A stretch of DNA of 61,467 bases, filler included, from Choristocarpus tenellus KU-1152 (Eukaryota; Protista; Phaeophyceae), in assembly GCA_964200185.2 (NCBI GenBank). It is 9 parts of 9 records of this genome, joined end to end, with 100 filler letters (N's around TTAATTAATTAA, not from the genome) between each part and the next. Parts side by side here need not be neighbours in the genome. Positions count along the whole stretch, not along the records: positions 1 to 9,484 come from CAXNAD020003638.1; positions 9,585 to 14,553 come from CAXNAD020012336.1; 7 more parts are not named here. One strand, 5' to 3'. The translations under genes and the position numbers were made by a program. The notes under the pieces were generated by a model. It saw only the letters and a program-made list of their open reading frames with translations. It searched no databases and was not told where the DNA came from. This document shows, piece by piece, positions 1 to 12,372 of the stretch (its first letter is position 1; the number at the start of each line of letters is the position of its first letter).

Positions 1-841
1 GTGGGACTCCCGTCCTTCAGCTTGCAAGGGATGCCTTCTCCAATCCATGAGAAGAATCTTTAGTAGCACTCTCAAAAATATCTATTGCCATTTCCTCAAC
101 ATTAATGTTGATGTTGGGTCTGGGTGGAATCTTGGAACCAGCCATTTATGTGCTCCTATAGCAGTCTCTGTGAAAAACAGTCTCAGGTCCTTTCTTCTGT
201 ACGTCCTTGGCAATACCGTGTTTTCCTCACCATCAACAGAATCTCCTTACTATAACCCTATACATACAAATCACTCGAATACAGTAGTGTGATGGAGCTA
301 TCAGTTCTAACCTTCCTATCGCAATCTCCACGAACACATTCTTGAAAACTTTATCCTGCAGATGCTTCGAAACACTGTGTTGCTTTTCCTGCAATCTACG
401 AAAAATCTCTGCTAGTGCAGCATCTAAAGTGAATCATGGCAACAGAGTAGGAGTACTGGACTTCTCACAACCAACTGTACTACTGGACAATAAGCTCTCC
501 CTATCTTCAATAGCTCCTCTATATAAAGTCAGTCTGCACGCTACATCACAGTTGTTACTTGACTAATATGGTGTGCAAAAAACGCACAAGACAACAAGAA
601 ATATGTTCATGCCTTGAAAGGAGATGGAAAGAAAAGAGTAATACAAGGAGGGACAGTTAGCGGGTGTGGCATTCTACATAACCAAGAACAGACGTTCTGG
701 TGAAAATTTCTAACCTATCCAATCTCGAGATGATGTCATCCACCTCTTGAGATTCAGATGTGGGAGGAGGTGTGCTGTTACCAACTTCTCCCTTCATGTG
801 GCAAGCGGTTTCCTGACAGAACTTAGATGATGACTCATATA

Positions 842-2599
842 CTCCCACTGCTTAACTTGATTAAACATCTGTAAGTATGGGAGGATGGTATGCCACAACC
901 TGGAACTATGAAGGTCTGGCAAGATAGGATATGTTTGTATTAATTGTCATTAAGCTCTGTTTAAAATTTGGTGGAAAACGTATCAGTACATCACAAGCTC
1001 TACGGTCTTCCCCTCACCCTGCAGGAACTCCATTCCCTTGGCCACCAAAGACCCATCTACATGCACTACTACCTGCCTATCCTCCTGCGTCTTGCACACT
1101 CCCTTTTGGTGGATATCGCCTAGGTGGTTCAACACAGCCCTGTACAGTGCGAAGAGACTCTGCCAGACTTTGTTATGGGTCTCAGTATCATGGTCTCTTT
1201 GTATCTCTTCACCACACTTTGGACAAGTTCCTCAATGTTGTCCGAGCGAAGGCACCTTGCCCTGGTCCGCAGAGATTGTAAGAATCAGAGATCCAGAGTA
1301 TTCAAATTCGGTGACTGGGCAAGTTGCTTGAGTACACATATTGAGAAGCCTCTAGCAGTGACCCAATCACCCTCTGCTTTCTTTGGCAGATGCTTTATGT
1401 GGCCTTGCATTGCTGTCTTGAAGGGAAACAATATCCTGCTTTAACTGGCATGGGTGAGACACTAAAGCTGGCAAGACCTTCTCTGTGAGCATTTTCTCAT
1501 GAAGCTCACCAGTTATGTTGACAGTGTTTGTCTCGATGGTACCTCGGTCACGATTACGGGATGATTGTCTTGCAGCAACTTGCTCTGTCAGTGGCCAAAT
1601 GCTGATCTTCCTGTTCCACCAAGTTCCATCCTCCAAAACACGGGGACGTGCGTTCGCAGCCAGAAATATCACTTTTGGAACGTGTGACTTGCTTGTGACG
1701 TGAGGACACTTAGGTGGTGGCCTCCCCAGGCTTGATGTAAACCCTTTGCCGTTCGGAAACCAGGTCAAACCATTTTTCATTGAGGTGGACATGGTCAAAC
1801 ATGGGCTCAAACACATGCCCCATACCCTTTTTCATGACAAAGGCCTTCCCTATCCACCTTGTATTGGTCGGAGAGGAAGGCCTTGATGACTCTTCAATAT
1901 GGTATGACCTCCGTCTCCTCGATATACCTCCTTATCTTCCCTAGGGCGACTTTGGTCTTCACAGTCCATCTCCCCTGACTGGTCCGTTCTATGACATGGA
2001 CTGCTATAATCGCATCGGGTTCCTCTTGCGGAATTGTTCTTGGTCGTCCATTGTGACCAGAGGTGAAAGCCATGCCCTCCTCATCAATGCAGCTCTGTGA
2101 TGCCACCCTCACCAACCGAGCCAACGTTGTTGTGTCCATTCCGTATTGCTGTGAAATTTGCAATCGGGCGACTTGTTGGACCCTGTCACAGGTCTTGCGC
2201 AGCTGAAAGTACTCTCCAACAGCAGCTTGCGGCTTGTACATGGGGATGTCTTTTTCCTTTCCCATCGTGCAAATTATGGTGTTGATGGATTTAGCCGATC
2301 TCAAGAATTTGATATTCTGGTGTGTTGCAATCACCCTCTCAATCGAAAGGCAACCAAACGTAACTGCACGATTTCTCGGTTTCAGGTCCAATTTTCACAC
2401 CCTACCACAGGGTACTCTACCTTCATTGACACCGTCCTCGTGAACGGCAAACCCTCACACGTTGCTTAGGGACTTGTTTGAAAGCTCATCATTTGTCCAT
2501 TAATGTGTGTATCACCAAACAATAATAACATTTAGGACACCCATGTCAGGAGCCGTACACCCAAAAACATAGGTGTTTAATCAACCCAAACAGAGGGAG
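842..2599 (-). mobile_element. Full-length but inactivated Tc1/mariner DNA transposon, plant-type (DD39D / Stowaway-master-like)
   Basis: 29-bp imperfect TIRs: CTCCCACTGCTTAACTTGATTAAACATCT at 842 versus AGGTGTTTAATCAACCCAAACAGAGGGAG ending at 2599 (23/29 complementary). TA flanks both ends (840-841, 2600-2601). An internal transposase pseudogene is present. Confidence 0.88.
1050..2391 (-). pseudogene. Mariner-type DDD transposase pseudogene (frameshifts and stops)
   Basis: Minus-strand motifs in order: HVHLNEKWF (~1790), KVIFLAANARPR...KISIWP...SSRNRDRGTIET...EKVLPA, QDSNARPH, QLAQSPNLNTLDL*FLQSL (~1300). These match the plant/oomycete mariner consensus HVDEKWF / KVMFL.AVARPR / QQDNA.PH / QPPNSPDLNVLDLGFF. 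Confidence 0.88.
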
Positions 2600-3989
2600 T
2601 ACATCCACGCACACATACAGTGCAACCCACCTTACTTAATTCCAGCATCAATCGCTTCTGAGCTATCAGTCACCACAACAACAGTGAGGTCTCACTGAAG
2701 CGGCAGGCAGGGAGTATTGTTGACCTAGCCTTCCCAAACGTGTATATGTTAGTCCTAGTATGACATTGTGGTGGGTGTGTTCATTGATTATGGTGGTGAA
2801 AAATGCTGAGTATGAGAACGTGACCAGGTATTTTAGGAAATGGTTCTAAACTATTTGATATGTTTAACATAGAGAAAATAACTAATTTAGTGGGGAAAGA
2901 GGTTTAATAACTGGAACAGATCTTTCCGTCCCTGAAAGCTGATCTATTTCGGATTGGTTGTAAATGTATTCATTTTTCTATCATCTTTTTTTTTTCAGGA
3001 AAGGAACATAACATGTTATTGACCGTTTGGCATCTTGAATAATCTTCATCAAATATATTCCCATGCACCAGTCACCACAAGAACAGAGTAGGGCATGTAC
3101 AGGAGGACAAAAGAATCGTGTTTACGACAATTACTGTTACTTTTATTGAGGTCCCTGTGATATTGGTTTATCTTTTCCCCTGAGTCATCAACAAAATGTC
3201 AGAGGGCATAATAATATATAACGTGGTGTTCCTTATCACCTCTATATGCCAACAGAGTGCGTGCATATGCACACGATACCGTGTGGGATTAGGTCTAATT
3301 TCAATGAGGTCCCACCAGCGATAGTCTACGTCATGCATGGGCAAATTCCATTTTTGTTTCGTCTCCTACATCTCAACAGCCAACAAAAACTCGATTTATA
3401 TGAATTGTTACTGTGGGTTTGAATGAGCGACTCTGCGCTCAAAAGATCCTGTGTTCTGATTATGTCAGGGTCACGGAGTGCAAGCTCACAGCTATAAACA
3501 GTTAGGGTGGCCGCAGCATAAGCTGCAGAACCGAAGAAATCCTCTCCCTACTTTCCAGCGAACGAACATGGGGAGGTTGGTGACGTTAGTAGTACTGGTG
3601 GACATCTTGTACTCTACTATAACTTGACACCAGTTTTGTCACTCAAACACAATGTCTCAGGAATGATTGGTTCACTATATCGTGTTGAAGTATTTCACAC
3701 TGGACCTGCAGTTAAGTTGATCTATGATGTGGTTTGGTAGAAGACAGTATCTGGCTTGGTGTGGATAACTAGGATTAGTTACAAAGGTCTTGTGGACTCA
3801 TATCCCATTGACTGAACTATTGGGAGTTGAGGGTCCAATACCTTTTCCATATTGTGGGGCTTACAAATGTTCACACTACCTTTGAATCACTTACTTGTCT
3901 TCATTATAACAATTATGGAGCCAAACCAACTGGTAGGTAGGCAGGTTTGGACTATTTTGCATTTGAAAGTCATCCTTCTTACCTTGTCC

Positions 3990-4150
3990 AATGCACTCTA
4001 ATCGATCGCTTTGTGCGAACAACACTGAACCCAAAATTGATGTCTCCCTTTCCACACAAAATTACACCAAAATTTCGCAAATGTTCTTTCTACAATTGTG
4101 CAAAAATAGAATCCTTTTGCCCCTTTTTAGGATCCTTAAAATGCAACCAA
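3990..4150 (+). repeat. Dispersed repeat fragment, similar to 49905-50070
   Basis: Colinear similarity: ccctttccacaca...ctttct(a/g)caattgt(g/a)caaaa...tttt(g)gcccttt...gat(c/t)cttaaaat(g/a)caacc in both places. Confidence 0.55.
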
Positions 4151-5105
4151 TCTCTCAATTAGTTTGCCTCGTACCTGGAACAGAACATTAATCATTGAAC
4201 ATCAATCAGTCAACACATGTAAGTATATGAATGCCATACACCAACTACACAAACATATAGGGGTAGGAACGGAGAACAATATTTTTTATTTTGAAATAGA
4301 TTTTTTTCGCAGTATGTAAGATAGGTTTAGACCTTGCTCTTGTACAATGACAGGTTGGTTGTGGGGAAAGTGTTTCCTACTACAATGAAGCACTGGTGAA
4401 TTCGTGCTGATGAACCTTGTAGCATACTTGCGCAATCAGAGGCTATTTGGTGTAGTGATGTTGGGTATTCCTTGGTACATTCTAAGGAAGCGATTCATGC
4501 TCTGTGTAGAGGTTTGTCACTTGTAAAGAAGGGTTATGTGGACGTTGTAGCTCTGGATATATTGCATCCAGTTGTGGGTCAGGTATACTTAGTGTAACGT
4601 GAGGTTCTTGTGTAAGTGGGGGTTAGTCCAACCACCAAGGAAATACAACAAACAGTATGTGAGATAGAAGGTGTTATTTATGTTGTGAAGATAAAATAAA
4701 GAAACAAACTCGAATCAATATCTGTAACAACTCGTATACTATTGATGTTTGACAGATATCGACTTTTCCATACCTGCAGTGAAGCGTATGATGTAGTATC
4801 AATGATATAAAAGGTGAGTAACGACCGATAGTGATGTGCGATTAAACAGTTAGCATGAACTGTCAATATTGTATTGTATAGTGGTACCAGTACCTTCGCC
4901 GTCTGGGGTTGTCCCGTCATATCTTTTGATGTAGGCATCGGATTAAAAAAATAAAAGCATGTTCGTAATACCCGTCACAAGGCCCTCTAGAGTACCGGCT
5001 TCGTGTTTTTTTTTCGCAATTTTTTCCTTTTTTTGAAGAAAGAGCGCTCATATTGGGGTTCGAACCCCGGGTTGTAGGTCACCAAGAGTGGCAATAGATG
5101 CATTA

Positions 5106-6500
5106 TTACTTGATTAAAGTATAGGGTTTTGGCGGGAAAAAAAACTCCTTACCCGTTCTTCCTGTATGTTCACGCACCCACTCTTTGACCTTGGGAAGGA
5201 TGTCCTCGTCGAGGCCCAGAACGAAACACCTCTCGTAGCGCCCTTGCTCCGACACCTTGATGTGCCCCTTAGTTTGGAAGTCTCTCTCCCATTTACTCAC
5301 AGTTTCCGACCTGACCATCGCATATGCTGCTGCCATCTCGAGCGCCGTTTGACGGTCTTTCCCATCATTCATACACAGGCACGGAATTCGCAGTGTAAGA
5401 GTCTTTACTATCACATTTCCTCGTTGAGCACCGGAAATGGGCATTGTCCGTGTTTCCTGGGTGGGTGATATTTTATCATCAAGGTGCGAGGGCGAGGGAG
5501 GACAGGCTTGTGAGTTGATCGAAAATTGTGTTGATTTCTCTCATGAATGCAGACGGGGAGAAAGCCTTGATAAACTTTATACGTCCAACCCTAAGTCCAG
5601 GAACAAAAGTGAATGTACGGCACCTTGTAGTACCTTTCATGCCAAACCACCAGTGTGCAGGTAGTCTCGATCTCACCTCCTCTTCTTCCTTGGCGTCCTC
5701 ATCGATGGCTACCTCCACCTGCTTTGCGACCTCTTCGAAGTAAAGGATTTGGTCGTATTGAAACGTTTCACAGCTTAGAGGGTAGAGCCACGTCCATTTG
5801 GGGGCAAAATCCAATATTCCAATTTCGATGTAATTTTGGCTATCGTGTTTGTTAGGAAATGTCAATATCCTTGTTCCGGACACACCTTTTCACAACATAT
5901 ACATTTTACCTACTGCGAAAGGTTCGGAGTAGGAAAATGTCATAAAAAACCCCGTTGGAAGCCAAGCCCCAAACTGACAAACAGGGCAAAAATCGTACCC
6001 TATAAGGTACCTTTACCTCTTTCTCCTCCGTCTTGCAAGCCCTTTTGACCTTCTTTCGGACTTCAGAGCCCTTGTACCACAACCCTATCACCTTCTTTCT
6101 CATTTCCCTAAGCCACTCCGACTCGCATAGCTTCCAAACAGTCAGGACCTGCTGCAACTGTCGACTACTAAGATATTCTACACCGGGGTTTTCGCTTAGG
6201 CGTTTCCTGAGCACAATGGCACGCAGTTGCACTGCTCTCCTCACCAAGCTTCCCTTCGACCAGCCACCCTGGTTCTACCTTCGCCCGCTGTGAAGAGGCT
6301 TCCTCACAGACTTCATCACTACACCAGCTGGTGATAGACTCGTCGCTCTCTTCCTCCTTTCCTGAGGCGGCACAGACTGCGGAGCAGTGCTCAGCAGCGG
6401 TTAAAGATCCAACCACGTTTGTGTGGTAATGCTTTCAATGCATCTTCTCTCAGCGTCAGTGTCACGGCCACGCGGTCCATTGCGATATTTGACCATGCTC
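5106..6500 (-). pseudogene. Degenerate ORF, probably the N-terminal/HTH region of a DDE transposase, interrupted by a MITE
   Basis: Consecutive minus-strand ORF pieces (5906-6247, 5479-5760, 5106-5444). The last reads ALEMAAAYAMVRSETVSKWERDFQTKGHIKVSEQGRYER...LDEDILPKVKEWVRE, resembling the HTH region of eukaryotic transposases. No catalytic domain is seen. Confidence 0.4.
5774..6019 (+). mobile_element. MITE family A copy (left TIR eroded)
   Basis: Matches the ~258-bp consensus (TTAGAGGGTAGAGCC.CGTCCATTTGGGGG...GGACACACCTTTT...AAACAGGGCAAAA..CGTACCC). Confidence 0.85.
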
Positions 6501-6742
6501 CTGCACCACGGCACACGCACTTTCTTGTCACCTAACTACTTGCCAAATAATTGGGACTGACAGGTAATGAAGGGATGAGTGAACCGCTCAAATGACGGGA
6601 GACCCTCATCCTAGGCATGTCACACGGTACTTGTTTTCTGTCGCCTCTCGACAGAGAAGGTGCCGAGGGTAGATCCAGGGGGCAGAGTGGCCTCGGTGGC
6701 TCTCCATTTCTCTCCGTCGTGGTTCATATTGCTGTGTGGGTC

Positions 6743-7005
6743 GAGTGAAAGTATCTTAGAGGGTACGACTTTTGCCCTGTTTGTTCATTTGGTGCTTGAT
6801 TTTTCCCTTTTGTTTTTATGACGTTTTCCTAAACCAAAATATTTCGGAATAGGTAAAATGTGTATGTTATGAAAAGGTGGGTCTGGAACAAGGATATTGA
6901 CACTTCCTAACAAACACGACGACAGCCAACATTACATGAGAATCTCAACATTGGATTTTGTTCCCCAAATGTACGCGGGTCTTCCCTCTAAGATAACTTT
7001 GACTC
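6743..7005 (-). mobile_element. MITE family A copy with 4-bp TSD GGTC
   Basis: Begins GAGTGAAAGTATCTTAGAGGGTA and ends CCCTCTAAGATAACTTTGACTC. GGTC lies immediately on both sides. Confidence 0.92.
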
Positions 7006-7599
7006 GGTCGCGTGTGTGTGTGCTCTCAAAAAGTCTGCAAATGGCGCTAAAAGGATGTCGGCAAATCTTGCTTTTTGTTCGGTATTGCCACAATCACCGT
7101 ATTTGGGTAACGGCCTATCCCCGGTCAGAGGTTTACGGGGAATTCAGCCAATCACTTCATTTTTGTACCTTTGGGGTTTGTGATAATCAAAATTGTGCAA
7201 GAGATATCCTCCACAGTTTTTCAATTATTTGATCGGGGCATCGCTACTGTTCATCGAAGTTTATGCACTCTTAAAAGTCTTTCTATAAGATTTAATTTGA
7301 TACATATATTGTAGTATACTTCTTGTGGCAATACAATGACAAAAAGCAAGATTGTTACAGAGGGCGAAGCTATTGGTACCACTTTATCAGTATCACAATA
7401 GAGATGAGTACCAATGTTTCAACATGTAAAATGTCATCGCTTAACACTTCGTCAAGTTTAGCTTGTGCGTATTGTAAATCCTGTCCCTGATTTTGTTCTA
7501 TATTTCAACTGAAATCCTTACCACACACAAGTTAGTAGAGAAACCTTTGTGTTGACATCCTCCATTCACCTTTCACACCTACACCAATAGAGTAGAGTG

Positions 7600-7930
7600 A
7601 ATCGTGTCTTCTGGGCAAAGATATTCCCTACGTATAGGCTGTCCTGCCGCCTTCATGTGTGGAACATCGCTGTCTGGTTTGTTGTCCCGTCAGTGGAGTA
7701 TGCTGGTCCTTTTGGGGGACAATTTCTTTGTACAAGTGGCCACACCCGCATTTTATCTGCCTCGTGGGTTCCCACTGCTCGTGGTGATCTTCCGACAGGA
7801 TTTCGATTGCATGAGGCTGTAGACTTTGATCTCCAAAGGCTGTGTGGCACGAAATCTTTGCAGAAGCACCTTAAAGTGATTTCACGATGTGGAGGCCCAA
7901 ACAGACATGTGGGCAAATGGAAAAACTGAA
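7600..7930 (+). pseudogene. Possible gypsy gag remnant
   Basis: PTARGDLPTGFRLHEAVDFDLQ shares the TGFRLH motif with the putative gag at ~29130 (VPTLQTGFRLHVTLQL). Confidence 0.3.
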
Positions 7931-8229
7931 CGTCTTGGGAGAGCCTCGAGATAAAGGTTCAAGCCAAGAGATCTTGTCACTGACTGAGGGAGGCTAAGGC
8001 AAGGAAGGAGAGAACTGGAGAGTAGAAATACTACCCGTGGGTAATGATCGTGTGTTGCAGAATTGAGAAGGTCAAGGACTCTCTTTTTCGCTCGACTCTC
8101 TCTCTACAGAGGTCTTGGTTGGTTTCCTGAAATCTTCCCCATCTTTTTGTAAGGAGTTTTTTCGGATTGCACGTCCGGTTTTGAATCTGTTTTTTTTATA
8201 TTCTCCCTTTTTATCCGTTCGACTGGAGT

Positions 8230-8890
8230 GCTGATTATTGGACTTGGCATCCCTAGAACTACGAAGGACGGCAGCCCCTTCACGGTAGACAGAAATCTCC
8301 GCATGGATCTAGTTTTTCATGCAGGGGCACTGGCGGATGCCAGAACGGCTCCCTACCGGGACATAGGCCTTCTGCTAGATGTTACATTTTCAGAAAAGTG
8401 CAGGCAATCTTCCATCTTGCACACCCATCCACCAGCAATGGTGTAGCTGCTGCTGCAGCCGAGGTGCGAAAGTGCACCCACTACGAGGAATCTTTTGATC
8501 CTTGTAGTTATAACCTCAACACCTTTGCGGTGGAAAGTCTTGGGCGCCTCAGCAAGCAAGTGAAATGCTTCCTGGATGAGCTGGCTATACACATAGTGGG
8601 AGGGAGAGGAACTGGAGGATATAGCAGGAAAGGAGCGGTTAAATCCTGGCTACGCCAAATGTTCTCAGTAACTACGCAAGTGGAACTGTCTAGAGGTGTC
8701 GTGCGTCTTAAGCTGGAGTCACCAGGGAGATGGGCACGGAGGGGTTTGATAGATTCTTGGGATGCCTCCCTAGCTCCTCATCCTGGAGTACAGGAGTAGG
8801 TAGATTGGAGGCACAGGAAGGCAGTGGTACATCATAGTAGTGAAATAACAAGTAGGTTAGTGTTTACATTTGTGATATATTTTATTTCTT
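8230..8890 (+). mobile_element. 5'-truncated non-LTR retrotransposon: C-terminal restriction-like endonuclease (RLE) domain, CRE/R2-group-like, frameshifted
   Basis: RMDLV...LLLDVTF...AAAAEVRKCTHY...TFAVESLGRLS...FLDELA...LRQMFSVTTQV. This is the PD..D..K..KY..F/LAVESxG RLE signature of early-branching LINEs, followed by a 3' UTR with TAGTGTTT repeats. Confidence 0.8.
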
Positions 8891-8924
8891 CAGGGCTTAT
8901 ACAGACATGCGAATAACTCTCATT

Positions 8925-9250
8925 ATAACATATCGCATGGTGGGGGGGAGAGGAACTGAAGGATTTAGCAGAAAAGGAGTAGTCAAACCCCGGCTACGCC
9001 AAATTGTCTTGGTGACTACGCAAGTGGCACTGTCTAGATGTGCCATGTTTTAAGCTAGTCACCAGGGAGATGGGCACAGAGGGGTTTTGTTGGATTCTTG
9101 GGATGCCTTCCTAGCTCCTCCCCCCAGGGCGCAGGAGTACGTAGATTGGAGGCACAGGAAGGCAGTAGTACAACATTGATAGTGTTGAAGTAACAAATTG
9201 ATTAGTGTTTTCACACTTACAGTGTTTTATAGTGTTTTTCACATTTATTG
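8925..9250 (+). mobile_element. Second, shorter tandem copy of the same non-LTR 3' end
   Basis: Direct repeat of ~8585-8890 (ggagaggaactg..ggat.tagcag.aaagga...caccagggagatgggcac...gtagattggaggcacaggaaggcagt). Confidence 0.85.
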
Positions 9251-9357
9251 TATTTGATTATTATTTCCTCTGACATTTTGCAGATGTGTGTCAGGGGGGA
9301 AACAAATGAAAACTATGCATATGTCAGTATAAGCCCAAAAGAAATAAAATATCATAA

Positions 9358-9484
9358 GAGCCAAAGTATCTTAGAGGGTAGGACGGCGTCCATTTGGAGG
9401 TCAAAATCCATTGTTGCAATTTTGATGAAAAATTTGCTATCGTGTTTGTTAGGAAGTGTCAATGTCCTTGTTTCGGACACACCT
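9358..9484 (+). mobile_element. MITE family A, left half running into a linker
   Basis: GAGCCAAAGTATCTTAGAGGGTA terminus plus consensus interior up to GGACACACCT. Confidence 0.88.
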
Positions 9485-9584
9485 NNNNNNNNNNNNNNNN
9501 NNNNNNNNNNNNNNNNNNNNNNNNNNNNTTAATTAATTAANNNNNNNNNNNNNNNNNNNNNNNNNNNNNNNNNNNNNNNNNNNN
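9485..9584. other. Artificial contig linker N44-TTAATTAATTAA-N44 (also at 14554-14653, 17533-17632, 21000-21099, 38266-38365, 50498-50597, 53535-53634, 57614-57713)
   Basis: An identical 100-bp spacer with stop codons in all six frames occurs eight times. Confidence 0.97.
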
Positions 9585-9667
9585 AATGTCATAAAAATAA
9601 GCATGGGAAGCCAAGCTTCAAATGGACAAACAGGGCAAAACTCGTACCCTCCAAGATACTTTCGCTC
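9585..9667 (+). mobile_element. MITE family A, right part after the linker
   Basis: AATGTCATAAAAA...AAACAGGGCAAAACTCGTACCCTCCAAGATACTTTCGCTC terminus. Confidence 0.85.
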
Positions 9668-12372
9668 TGATCGTTAATAATAGGGGCACCAACTTTCCCA
9701 CTCCTTCCATCCCTCCAAATCCATCTCATCAGATGTTGTCACCATCCCCTTTGACTTCAAACTCTGCAATGTCCAACCTTCACTTTAGTACCCCAGGCAA
9801 AAGCTTATTGGGCATTGTGCTGGACAATGCTATTGAAGTCATCCAAGACCTCCGCCCCCTACAGCCTTCATACAATCAATAGGCACTCCATAGCTGGCTA
9901 CAAGCATTCCTTTCTTTCCCAATGTCTCAAGATCTGTCTTAATCTCATTGATTTATTCACATGCTTCACACTTACGGACTCAGAGTCCGGGTCACTTCCA
10001 GGTCCAATCTCATCAACTGCAGTTCCCTTCCTCAGACTTAGATTCACTTGCTAAATCCCCTGGTCCCAGAACTGAATCAGATTCCTGGGAGTTTGTTGTT
10101 CCACCACCAGTTGTGGTAGACACAGTTTTAGGATAGGGCTCCCACTGGAGGTCTCCAGCAACAAGAACACCACCCATCCCATCAGCTCATCTGCTTGAAA
10201 CCCCTCAATCTAAGGCATCCCTACTTAATACAAAGTAATCCTTGATGGGTTATTACAATAGCTACTCAACTCATCCTCACATATTCGCTGTTTGGGTTCT
10301 CCAACTCTTCCACATCGCAAATAGATGCACGGAGCAGTTTATTTGTAGCTCATCCTTCCCAGCGGAAGTCCACTACTCAGTCGAAGTCATCCTCCTCTCC
10401 TTGACATATTGCAAACCACGGACTCATCACTGTGTGCCAGTTGAAGATCTTATGAATGTCCAATCCACAGGGCAGGTACTCCCTCAGCAGTCATGTCTGC
10501 TCCGGCCTCTCCCCATTGGCATGTTCTCAAGTTGTACCATCCTTCGATGGCATTGTAATAACCCCTAACTCTTCTCCAGGTGAATTTCCTTTCGTGGGGC
10601 AGGTCCTACCTCCTAACCACCCACTAACACACAAAGATAACTGCTCTGGGCCCTCTAGGGCTGAGCTCACGAGTAGTTGCAACATCCTCCACCCAACTAG
10701 CAACAAGTTGCATCTGGTGAATGTCCATATGTCAGTCAGGTCCTCCAAGAATAACTAATCTCCAATTTGCAGCAACAGTTGTTACAACTCTCCCAGGAAC
10801 AAACTCGCCGCTTGCTACAATATACTCCAAAAAACATTGCAGCCACCACAGTCAACCCAAGCAGTATCAACATCGGCTCCTACCCGCCCATAGGTAAGAT
10901 AAATCCTGTAATAGCCCTCATTGCCATGTCTTCTGGGTCAGGGGGAGGTGGTCTGTGACAAGGGGCAGGCAACGCTAACAGGCTTCTCCTACTTGCCTTG
11001 AGTGTGAGCAAGCCACACTTCCTCACATGTATTGCTGCCTTGATACCAACCTTCACCTCATCATCTGAACTCCAACCTCGTCATTTGCCACAATGACTCT
11101 AGCATCTTCCATCCTCATTCCCATGGAATCTCCCTCTAATCACATCTTAATAGTCTTGACATATTCAGCACACATAAAGAATACTAGCTAGCATGTAGTT
11201 GCTATTCTTTTTGTACATAGATGTACATATTGTTCTGTGACAGGATGTAAAGGAGGGACATACACCCCTCAACAAGGTGGGACTCTGTTCCTGTAATATT
11301 TTCACTATCTAATCTACCATGCCATCTACCCATTCGGGGTTGATCACTGGTCACGGCATTCCTTTTCCTGAACTTGTGACCCAACAGAATCATTCCTCTC
11401 ATCAACCCTAGCTTATCTCCTGTTCCATACAACACAATCGTACTTGCATACTTGACCAATAGCAAGGGTTAAATCATATTCACATTGGTCAAATGCTCAG
11501 GGCATTTTCATTACAATGTAGCTAGCATCATAAGATCCTGTGGTGCCCAACAATCTCACCCTTGTGCATACTTCAGTAGTTGTGTATCACCACGCTGTAT
11601 GCCTAAAGTATTAGAGAGGAATAAACCCAATGCAAAAAAGGAAGGGGTTGGCTGAAGCAGAGCTAGACTCTTTCAGACATCTGTGTCAGAGCTTTTTTCA
11701 GTCGCTGAACTGTATTATGAGGTGATTTTCCCTGTATCCCACCAACGCAAACCACACCTGGAATGTCCCACTCCCTGGATTATATTATTCAGAATCAAGG
11801 ACTAGGATGCAACACAGGATTTGACGGCACAGTCAAGCAAGGAGAAAGATGCCTCACAACAGAAAAATAGACAAAAGGCAACCCAGATACAGTAATGAGG
11901 AAAACAAAACAAAGCCAAAATATGCACATTATGAATGAGTAAGGTGCCACAGAAGACAGTAGCAGGGTTCACAACAAAAAGTTACTGGTCAAGCCCCACA
12001 GCATAAAGAACACCAGAAGAAGAGTTATTGGGGACACATGACCTTGCTTACACATTGTAACTGAGGAGTGCATGGAACCCAAGATTTGTTGAGGTTCACC
12101 ACAACAATTCAGATTTCCAACCTCCTTTTCAGCAAACCTTTATGATCTCTTCAATACAATGGCAGAAATTTATTGTGTTTTAGCTATGGTGACGACAGTT
12201 GTTCCACCCATACTAGTACACCCATGTAAGCCTTGCGCCATGCTCTACGGTAAGCATGCATATGCCCTTCAGCAGAGAGGACTTCCATGGCAATCATCAA
12301 CGAAATTGTTGCACTCTAGAAACAGACCCAATAATCTGAATGAAGAAAAAAAAATATGACAACTTCACTCAC

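Noticed and set aside
4681-4979. Solo LTR (TGTTG...ACA)
   Set aside because: No TSD and no second copy in the window.
5045-5110. tRNA gene (GGTTCGAACCC B-box)
   Set aside because: No convincing A-box, acceptor stem or cloverleaf. At most a SINE relic.
9670-12300. Many short ORFs, including possible downstream Mpv17 exons
   Set aside because: No motif or splice-consistent path could be established by eye.
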